Below are positions 48,720 through 56,593 of a stretch of DNA of 64,000 bases, piece after piece. Position numbers and translations under genes: made by a program. Within the stretch, counting starts at the first letter, position 1. The number at the start of each line of letters is the position of its first letter. The DNA is from a virus, in the IMG/VR virus record IMGVR_UViG_3300032288_004617, positions 1 to 64,000 of that record. One strand, written 5' to 3'. A model generated the notes under the pieces. That model ran no database searches. It was given only the letters and a program-made list of their open reading frames with translations, and had not been told where the DNA came from.

Positions 48720-50330
48720 TTATCTTACATTTGTATCTACTATTCTATTTGCTCCTGTCCCTACTTGCCAAGTTATTGTTCCTGTATCTGCTGTATTTGA
48801 AACAACATTACCGTATATTTTACCAGTCATTGATCCTGTTGCTTTAATTGCAGCACTATCTGAAGAACCACAATAAAAAGAAGCTGATGAATGAAGTATC
48901 AATGTACCACCTGTCCAATCTATGCAAGGGTAAGTTCCACTTGTATTAGCTGTGTTTAAGTTCTTGATAGGTCCTAGTATTCTAAGCGTTCCTGCTGTTA
49001 ATGATATTGTACCATTATAACCAGCTCCACCATTATTTGCACCAGTATAGTAACTGTATAAACTAACATCTGCTGTTCCTGATACAGTAAGTTTATTATA
49101 TATATGCCCAAAATCTTGGATTATAGCAACACCTCCTGAAATAGTAGCACCTGAAAAATCACCTCTACCTGAGTATCTAATAACTCCATTAAATCTACCA
49201 CCTGATTGCACTAGTGCTCCTGTAACTTCTCCGTGAAATTCACCAGCTCTTAAATCTAAATAAATACAAGTACCTGTAAATTTAAGTACATCAGCGTACA
49301 TTGTAACTTTAGACCATATAATACTAGAATTTACAATAGCACCTGATGCAAGTTCTAGTGTCATTATTTTAGTACCTGTAGCTGATATTTCCATCATACC
49401 ACTAGGAGCATTGATGTTGAAATAAGACAAGTTAGCATAACTATCTCCATCTAAAAAGAATGAAGATCCACTTCCTCCTGGAATGTAAGAAACACCGTTA
49501 AAAGATATTCTTGAATTATAACTTGTATAATCCGCAAGAATTGCTGTAGATGTAGATGATTTAACATTAATAGTATTTATTCTTCCTATTGTTTCTGGAG
49601 CTCCTATATAAATAGCATATGTAGAAGTAGATTGACAATTTCGAAAATCTATATCCATCAACAATCCTGCCCCACTAGTATAGAAAGCTGAACCGTTTGT
49701 GGATATTACATTATTAATTTTAACACTGTTAGTATTTAAAGCAGTATATGTTCCTGCTGTACAGTTTGTTCTTATTGTGTGAGTTGTGCTAGAAGAAGCA
49801 TATATTGCTTCAAAAGTAGTGTCTACATTCATTCTTGATCCTTCAATAATATAGACATTAGTTGCAACGTTAGAAGTAGAAAATTTACCATATCCGTATA
49901 CATTTGTACTAGAAGTAAATGCATTATTTCTAAACATTGGTCCTGTTGTAGATTTACTTAAAATAGCACCTGGATGAAAATACCAATTGATACCATCTTT
50001 TAATAAACCATTAGCTGCTGTAGTTGTTGTAGTGTAAGTTCCTGGATAAACAACAATCATATCTCCAGGCGTAGAAGCAGCAAAAGCTAAATCTACAGTA
50101 GCGTAATAAACTGGTAAACCATTATCATGAGGTACAACAGCTATAAGACCTCCTGCTGTACCAAAAGCATCAACAATAGCACCTGAAGAATCTTTCTTTC
50201 TAACAAGATAGTTCATATCTATTTGCTCAAAGTAACAGTTATTAGGTAAACCTGCGTGATCTGCAGAACTTCCTACTTGTCTAGTAACAGGAAAAGGACC
50301 ACCTGTTTTATTTATAATTTCTATAGCCAT
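48720..50330 (-). CDS. Beta-helix spike/fibre protein (536 aa)
   Basis: YATVDLAFAASTPGDMIVVYPGTY cap motif; paralogous to 50341..52482. Confidence 0.7.
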   Translation of the reverse strand: MAIEIINKTGGPFPVTRQVGSSADHAGLPNNCYFEQIDMNYLVRKKDSSGAIVDAFGTAGGLIAVVPHDNGLPVYYATVDLAFAASTPGDMIVVYPGTYTTTTTAANGLLKDGINWYFHPGAILSKSTTGPMFRNNAFTSSTNVYGYGKFSTSNVATNVYIIEGSRMNVDTTFEAIYASSSTTHTIRTNCTAGTYTALNTNSVKINNVISTNGSAFYTSGAGLLMDIDFRNCQSTSTYAIYIGAPETIGRINTINVKSSTSTAILADYTSYNSRISFNGVSYIPGGSGSSFFLDGDSYANLSYFNINAPSGMMEISATGTKIMTLELASGAIVNSSIIWSKVTMYADVLKFTGTCIYLDLRAGEFHGEVTGALVQSGGRFNGVIRYSGRGDFSGATISGGVAIIQDFGHIYNKLTVSGTADVSLYSYYTGANNGGAGYNGTISLTAGTLRILGPIKNLNTANTSGTYPCIDWTGGTLILHSSASFYCGSSDSAAIKATGSMTGKIYGNVVSNTADTGTITWQVGTGANRIVDTNVR

Positions 50331-50340
50331 AATTCTTGTT

Positions 50341-52482
50341 TTATTCTACGTCAGCATCTTCTATAATAGTACCACCTGTAATGTTTGTCAACGCATAACT
50401 ATTCTCTCTTATAATACTACCTGTTAGATTTATTAATGAATTATTAGTAAATGGAGTACCTGCGATATCTGACTCTATATAAAAGTAAAGATCTGTACCT
50501 GGGGTGTCTTGGGAAGCAGTGAGATCTAACGTTCCTGAAGCATTTATTAATGCCGCCATTCTTTGTGCAAGTAATTGACGAGTGTTATATGTTGCTACAT
50601 CACTTTCAGTAAAAGTTTCACCTAAACCTGTACCATCGTTTAGGTCAACTGATGTTGAAACAACACTATCAACAATATATTTTCTTTTAGCTTTTTTAGC
50701 AGAAGTTAAACCTGTAATTCTATTAGTATTTAAACCACCTGTAAGTACTTTAATATCTCTGTTTGCACCACCAACAATAATAGGTGGAACTTCTACGTTT
50801 GATGTAAGTAATACTGCACCGTTACATACTAAAGTACCACCGTTGTAAGTAACACAAGTACCTGTAGCTTGAGCTGTAAGAAGATTTTTAATTCTTCCGT
50901 TGATTACTAACTTACCTGAGTTTAATGTAAATGCATCTCTATTTCCTAAATAGTCAGTACCTCCATATTCAAATTCACCATTTACTACTACAGTTCCACC
51001 TGCAATAATTCTTGCTCCAAGAGTGAATACATTAGAACCATTGCCCCAAAGTATTGTTTTACCCCCTGTAGCATTTAAGGCGAATGAGTAACCGTGGTAT
51101 GGTAATTCTATATTTGCAAAACCTCCTGTAATAGTATGATTAGCATTTGTTCCACTATCTGCTTTATAGGAAACTGTTCCCCCATTTATAGTAGCATAGC
51201 CAACAGTACCCCCTTTGAAATTACCACCTGTATTATACAAATAAGCACAAGTACCATTATGATTAAAGTTTCCACCACTAGTCATTGCTATACCGTTAGC
51301 ATAGCCAGTAACAGTAATATCTACTGCACCTCCATTAGTTCCATAACCATAAACAGAACCAACAGCTCTACCTACGTTAAATGTGCCATTTATAATTTGA
51401 TACATAGCACCTACAGCATCGGCAGTAGTAGACTGTAATAAGCTAGCATTTACTGTAATATATGTGCTACCACTATTGAATCTTATAGCTGATCCTGCAG
51501 TACATCTGAATGTATGTGTATTTACTAATACATTACTTTGGTAAGCAATATATAATAAGTGACTTCCTGATGCAATAGCGTGTCTTACATTATATACGGC
51601 AAATGCATTATTATATATTGAGAAAGTAGCTGCTACAACTGTCTGTTGTACAAAATCTGCTTCAAAAGTAAAATCTAGGGATATACTTGTGCTATCATCA
51701 CCTGCCCAATGAACACCTTGAGTACCACCTGTTTTGTAGAAAGTACCTTTACCATAAACATTACAAGTACTAGCTAATCCCGACAAACTAAACATCCATC
51801 CGTTAGTTACCTTTGTTATAACAGCACCCGGATAAAAGAACCAATTTACACCTGATTTAGCAATACCATTAGTAGCAGTAGTTGTTACAGTATATGATCC
51901 TGGGAATACAAATATAGTGTCTCCGAATACAGCAGCATCTCTTGCTAATTCTAATGTTGTATAGTAAGTGAATATTCCAGTTGTTTGGTTTGGAATACCT
52001 ACCTTTCCTCCTAACGTAATTGTTGCCCAAGTATTATCTCCTCTTAGAAAAGTTGTATTATCCCTTGTCCCTGATAACCCTAGACGGTTCACATTTACTA
52101 CACCTGTTGCTAGATTAGCAGCATTTATTCCTGTAATATTTAAGCCATTACCTGTAAATGTAGTTGCTCTTAATGGGCCTAAATGCTGAATAGCTGCTGT
52201 CTTATTTCCTCCTGCATCTACTGTTGTTCCTAATAAATAAAAAGGTGTAGATGGAACAGTTACAGGTGCATATGTAATATAAGAAGTGCCACTGTAAATC
52301 CAAGTACTTGCATCAACTGAAGATACATATAGTACATCTGCTGTTGCAGGTGTATTAGGATCAAAAATTACTCCAGGTGATGTTGGTGTCAATTGATCAA
52401 AATTTACAACCTCAGATGGTGTTACTACCGGTAATTGATAATAATCATGCTTACCTGTTATAGGATTAATTTTATAAGCCAT
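50341..52482 (-). CDS. Beta-helix spike/fibre protein (713 aa)
   Basis: TTFLRGDNTW fibre motif; YTTLELARDAAVFGDTIFVFPGSY cap motif. Confidence 0.7.
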   Translation of the reverse strand: MAYKINPITGKHDYYQLPVVTPSEVVNFDQLTPTSPGVIFDPNTPATADVLYVSSVDASTWIYSGTSYITYAPVTVPSTPFYLLGTTVDAGGNKTAAIQHLGPLRATTFTGNGLNITGINAANLATGVVNVNRLGLSGTRDNTTFLRGDNTWATITLGGKVGIPNQTTGIFTYYTTLELARDAAVFGDTIFVFPGSYTVTTTATNGIAKSGVNWFFYPGAVITKVTNGWMFSLSGLASTCNVYGKGTFYKTGGTQGVHWAGDDSTSISLDFTFEADFVQQTVVAATFSIYNNAFAVYNVRHAIASGSHLLYIAYQSNVLVNTHTFRCTAGSAIRFNSGSTYITVNASLLQSTTADAVGAMYQIINGTFNVGRAVGSVYGYGTNGGAVDITVTGYANGIAMTSGGNFNHNGTCAYLYNTGGNFKGGTVGYATINGGTVSYKADSGTNANHTITGGFANIELPYHGYSFALNATGGKTILWGNGSNVFTLGARIIAGGTVVVNGEFEYGGTDYLGNRDAFTLNSGKLVINGRIKNLLTAQATGTCVTYNGGTLVCNGAVLLTSNVEVPPIIVGGANRDIKVLTGGLNTNRITGLTSAKKAKRKYIVDSVVSTSVDLNDGTGLGETFTESDVATYNTRQLLAQRMAALINASGTLDLTASQDTPGTDLYFYIESDIAGTPFTNNSLINLTGSIIRENSYALTNITGGTIIEDADVE

Positions 52483-52488
52483 GGTCTA

Positions 52489-52779
52489 TTATGAATAAGC
52501 TATATTAGTCACATTTGAACCATTTATTGCAGAGTTGATATAAGTAAATATCTCTGTAATAGTTTCAACACCATTTGGTGTAGTACCTGAATGAAGTATG
52601 CTGATAACATTATCTGTACCAACTGGATCATAGGTTAAGGCTCTATTATAATTCGAAGAAGCTTGAATTCTTGCCATTTTTGAAGACTCTTCTAAAAGTA
52701 ACTCTTTAACTAAACATAATTGTTTATTTAATGATTGCATTGTATGAAATGCATTAGGATCTAATTTTGTATATTTCAT
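52489..52779 (-). CDS. Small structural/adaptor protein (96 aa)
   Basis: First ORF after a promoter; beta-rich C-terminus. Confidence 0.55.
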   Translation of the reverse strand: MKYTKLDPNAFHTMQSLNKQLCLVKELLLEESSKMARIQASSNYNRALTYDPVGTDNVISILHSGTTPNGVETITEIFTYINSAINGSNVTNIAYS

Positions 52780-52812
52780 AAAAATTGTTTTAGTTCTGAG
52801 GTTTTAGAGTTT

Positions 52813-52848
52813 CAAATTTACTCTAAAATTGAGTAGTCAACAAAATCA
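52813..52848 (-). promoter_or_regulatory. Bacteroidota-type promoter
   Basis: TGATTTTG-N20-TAAATTTG. Confidence 0.7.
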
Positions 52849-52864
52849 TAGACTTTCTTAAAAC

Positions 52865-52894
52865 AAAAAAAAAGAGAGGCGGTTACCTCCCTTT
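52865..52894 (-). terminator. Intrinsic terminator (near-copy of 56545..56571)
   Basis: AAAGGGAGG-TAACCG-CCTCTCTTTTTTTTT on the minus strand. Confidence 0.8.
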
Positions 52895-52918
52895 ATTTTC
52901 ATATTTTAAATTTACTAC

Positions 52919-53251
52919 TTATTGAATATGTTTTTCTATAAGTGATTGGAAATTGTTATAGATTGTTTTCTCAGCAGTTGTTAGTGCATCATATCCACCT
53001 TCAACTAGCCAGTCGTTTACTCTGATTGTAGCTACAGATAATGCTTCAGAATTTACTGATCCATCAATATAATCAGTCATGTAAGCAGAAGCAATTCCAT
53101 CGACAAACTTATTGTAAATAGTCAAATCTTTTTTTACAAGATCTGTTACTTCAAGAAAGCTTGTATTGTCATTTAAAAAATCACATTCAACAGATGTATC
53201 GAAGTCTCCTGCTAAAGATTTTACTTTGTATGTTAATTTAATTATATTCAT
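52919..53251 (-). CDS. Hypothetical protein (110 aa)
   Basis: ORF 4 nt after the upstream stop, before a terminator. Confidence 0.6.
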   Translation of the reverse strand: MNIIKLTYKVKSLAGDFDTSVECDFLNDNTSFLEVTDLVKKDLTIYNKFVDGIASAYMTDYIDGSVNSEALSVATIRVNDWLVEGGYDALTTAEKTIYNNFQSLIEKHIQ

Positions 53252-53255
53252 TTTT

Positions 53256-54821
53256 TTAAAAATTTGGTAATACTAATCCTGATACTTGTGTATAATCTTG
53301 GGGTGTGAACAATGTTGTTCCTAGTGCTCCACCAATCAATACGTTTCCTTTTACATTGTTACATCCAAAAGAACCAACACTTGTGTCGTTTAAAAATCTA
53401 TCTCCTGCTCCTGATGAGTAAGCCACACAGTTGTAAAAATATCCTTTTGTTGTAACAGCATCTAAAGCAATAACGTTTGAGTTAACTGTATTGTAGTTCT
53501 TAAACAATACGTTTTTAGCATACACTTCACAACTGTTTACAGCATAAACACAAGGTCCTGCAAGAGAATCGTTTAATACTTTTGTTACCTCTCCTTCAAG
53601 TTTTATTTTGTTACCATGTCCTAATAATAATACAGGTATATATTTTGAAAATATGTTTCCTTTTATATCGTAACTCATATAGTCATTACCTGAAGCACTA
53701 ACACCGTATACACCAAAACCTTCATTTGCATATAGATTACCATATACTCTTATAATACCACCTGGATTTTGCAATGTAGAAATGCATGCTGCTTGGTATA
53801 TAGTACCTGGACCATAAACAAATGTGTTTGAATTATTTATCAAATCACCGTAGATTTCAAGTGTCCCGGAACTTGCTTGTGATAATACACATACTTTTAA
53901 TCTGCTGTCATAAGTTGTTGTTCTATTATCTGAAATTATTTTTGGGCACTTGACAATAGCTGTACCTACAAAGGCACTCGATGGTGAGTTAGCCGAAAGA
54001 TTTATTAACTTACCTGGACCAGCCATGTGTTTAGAAACCTCTAATGTAACAAACGTACTTCCTCTAAATGTTACAAGATATCCATTCTTACAGTTTGATT
54101 CTAACTTGTTACATCTTATATGTAATTGAGCATTTGTATAACCAACTAAAATCTTTGACTCTATAACACCTAAAAAACTTGTTGCATCTTGTATAGATTC
54201 ATCAAATTCTAGATATATGTTAGTAGTATATTGTTGTATCAATGCTCTTGCATTGCTATAAAAACAAGCGTGTCCATATATTTTACATACTCCTGTATTC
54301 ACGTCATCAAAAAAACCACCGTTAGTGAATACAACACCTTCTTCACAATTTACATACACATAAGGTTTTAATAACATGTTGTCAACATAGACACCTTTTC
54401 TAAGGACAACTAACGCAGGTGCACTTATTGTAGGAGAAAGAGCAAGAGCTGCTGTTGATGCAGCATCATAAGTACGGTAAGGTTTATCAAATCTATTCAC
54501 TTCTCCTGTTGAATCATTTCCGTTTAATGGATCTGGATCAACAAAGAATACATTTGCATAGTTAACTGAAGCACTTAAAGTGATATCAATGTTTTGCAAC
54601 AAAGATACTCCATTAATTGAGGCTAGATTTAAATTACCTGTTTGTCCATTTATAGCTGTGACACCTGAAGGTGCTGGAGCAGGAACTTTAGCTAATATAT
54701 CATCTACTGTAGTAAATGCTGCAGGTCTTGATTTTGTTGTTGTATATAACGGTATACGCTCTTCGCCAGACAAATTTTTATCTTTTTTAAGAGTGTTTAC
54801 TGAAAGTCCGTTTATTGGCAT
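53256..54821 (-). CDS. Beta-helix fibre/spike protein, paralog 2 (521 aa)
   Basis: FVD...GNDSTGEVNRFDKPY cap motif, VVLRKGVY; aligns end to end with 54901..56454. Confidence 0.75.
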   Translation of the reverse strand: MPINGLSVNTLKKDKNLSGEERIPLYTTTKSRPAAFTTVDDILAKVPAPAPSGVTAINGQTGNLNLASINGVSLLQNIDITLSASVNYANVFFVDPDPLNGNDSTGEVNRFDKPYRTYDAASTAALALSPTISAPALVVLRKGVYVDNMLLKPYVYVNCEEGVVFTNGGFFDDVNTGVCKIYGHACFYSNARALIQQYTTNIYLEFDESIQDATSFLGVIESKILVGYTNAQLHIRCNKLESNCKNGYLVTFRGSTFVTLEVSKHMAGPGKLINLSANSPSSAFVGTAIVKCPKIISDNRTTTYDSRLKVCVLSQASSGTLEIYGDLINNSNTFVYGPGTIYQAACISTLQNPGGIIRVYGNLYANEGFGVYGVSASGNDYMSYDIKGNIFSKYIPVLLLGHGNKIKLEGEVTKVLNDSLAGPCVYAVNSCEVYAKNVLFKNYNTVNSNVIALDAVTTKGYFYNCVAYSSGAGDRFLNDTSVGSFGCNNVKGNVLIGGALGTTLFTPQDYTQVSGLVLPNF

Positions 54822-54839
54822 AATCTATATATTATATTG

Positions 54840-54870
54840 TAAAATTAATTAAGTTTAATCTCTCTTCAAA
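54840..54870 (-). promoter_or_regulatory. Promoter variant
   Basis: TTTG-N19-TAATTTTA. Confidence 0.5.
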
Positions 54871-54900
54871 AAATATTGTAATTTATAAAACAAGTTAATT

Positions 54901-56454
54901 TTAGAAGTTTGGAACTGTAACACCTGTCACTTGAGTATAACCTTGCGGTGAAAATACCGGAGTTGCTACGGCAGCTCCTAAAGGAATGTTACCTTTTGTA
55001 TTTACACATCCAAAAGATCCTACACTTGTATCTCTCAAAAACTTATCACCAGATCCTGTGCTATAAGCTGTACAATTATAAAAGTACGCTTTTGCTGCAA
55101 CATTATCTAAGGCTACAATACCTGAATTTACAGTGTTATAATTTTTTAAGTGTGTGTTTTTAGCATATACTTCACAACTATTTACTGCATATATACAAGA
55201 GCCTGCAATAGAATCATTTAATACTTTTGTAACTTCTCCTTCTAGTTTAACTACATTTCCTGCACCTAACAAACAAATAGGAATAGACTTAGAACTTATA
55301 TTACCTTTTATATCATACTTTGTATAATCATTTCCTGAAGCATACACTGTATAAATACCGAAAGTATCACCTGCATATAAGTTACCATACACTCTTGTCA
55401 CAGCACCTAATGCTGATTGTATTGAGTGTAGACATGCTTGTTGTCCTGTAGATCCAGGTGCATATGAAAAGTTATCTGATAAATTATATAAATCTCCGTA
55501 TATCTCTAACACTGCTGTCGAAGTCGAAGCTTGTTGGGTTACGCAACTTTTATTTTGAATATTTCCTGCATTATAGGGTGTTCTATTTGTGGCAACTATC
55601 TTAGGGCAGTATATTTTTATAGTATTTGACATACCTATTGTACTGAATGTTTTCCTCGGACCTTGTATATAATTTCTAACATTTAGTGTAGCTTCAACAC
55701 CATATCTAAGAGTAACTATTGTGTTATTTGAACCATTAGTATCTATGCTATTACAAACCACATGTAATTTACAAGTCCCACTTACATAACTTGATAATAT
55801 AGCCCAACCTATCAATGTAGATTGCATATCTACTTTATCAAATTCAAAGTATATATCACTTCCATAATTTTGAGTCAATGGTCTAGAGTTTGTATAAAAA
55901 CAAGCATTTCCATATATCTTACAAACACCTGTACTTGCATCATCAAAAAAACCACCAAATGTAAATACAACACCTTCTTCGCATTTTATATATACATATG
56001 GTCTAAGAAGCATATAATCTATATATGTCCCTTTACGTAATACTATTAATGCCGGAGATGTTTGTGTAGGTGCTAATGCTATTGCAGCTAAACCTGCTGC
56101 ATAATACGAAAAGTAAGGTTTATCAAATCTATTCACTTCTCCTGTCGAGTCATTTCCGTTTACAGGATCTACAAAAAATGTATTTGCGTAGTTCAATGCT
56201 GAACTTACAGGAATATCAATATTTTGGAGTAAGGATGTGCCATTAACTGTTGCTAGTTGTAAACTGTTTGTTTGATTATCTAATGAGTCAACTATTGCTC
56301 CTGTTGTTGGAGAAGATACTTTAGCTAATATGTCATCAACCGTTGTAAACTTTGATGGTTTGGATTTTGTTGTTGTATAAACAGGTATACGTTCAGATCC
56401 ACTCAAGCTTTTAGCCTTCTTTAAAGTATTTACTAAAATTCCATTTATTGGCAT
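54901..56454 (-). CDS. Beta-helix fibre/spike protein, paralog 1 (517 aa)
   Basis: Same motifs as its neighbour; both start MPING and end PNF. Confidence 0.75.
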   Translation of the reverse strand: MPINGILVNTLKKAKSLSGSERIPVYTTTKSKPSKFTTVDDILAKVSSPTTGAIVDSLDNQTNSLQLATVNGTSLLQNIDIPVSSALNYANTFFVDPVNGNDSTGEVNRFDKPYFSYYAAGLAAIALAPTQTSPALIVLRKGTYIDYMLLRPYVYIKCEEGVVFTFGGFFDDASTGVCKIYGNACFYTNSRPLTQNYGSDIYFEFDKVDMQSTLIGWAILSSYVSGTCKLHVVCNSIDTNGSNNTIVTLRYGVEATLNVRNYIQGPRKTFSTIGMSNTIKIYCPKIVATNRTPYNAGNIQNKSCVTQQASTSTAVLEIYGDLYNLSDNFSYAPGSTGQQACLHSIQSALGAVTRVYGNLYAGDTFGIYTVYASGNDYTKYDIKGNISSKSIPICLLGAGNVVKLEGEVTKVLNDSIAGSCIYAVNSCEVYAKNTHLKNYNTVNSGIVALDNVAAKAYFYNCTAYSTGSGDKFLRDTSVGSFGCVNTKGNIPLGAAVATPVFSPQGYTQVTGVTVPNF

Positions 56455-56492
56455 AATGTCTTTTTTATTATGATTTGAGGTTTTAGGAAAAA

Positions 56493-56528
56493 CAAATTTA
56501 ATGTAAAATTAAGTATAGCACAAAATTA
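56493..56528 (-). promoter_or_regulatory. Bacteroidota-type promoter flanked by an 11-bp inverted repeat
   Basis: TAATTTTG-N20-TAAATTTG; GTTTTAGGAAA (56480-56490) / TTTCCTAAAAC (56534-56544). Confidence 0.75.
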
Positions 56529-56544
56529 TAAACTTTCCTAAAAC

Positions 56545-56571
56545 AAAAAAAGAGAGGCGGTTACCTCTCTT
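56545..56571 (-). terminator. Intrinsic terminator
   Basis: AAGAGAGG-TAACCG-CCTCTCTTTTTTT on the minus strand. Confidence 0.85.
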
Positions 56572-56593
56572 CCTTTTTTATTATGTTTACCTA

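Noticed and set aside
53256-56454. Diversity-generating retroelement TR/VR pair
   Set aside because: Similarity spans two full-length coding paralogs, differences are not adenine-specific, and no reverse transcriptase is present in the window.
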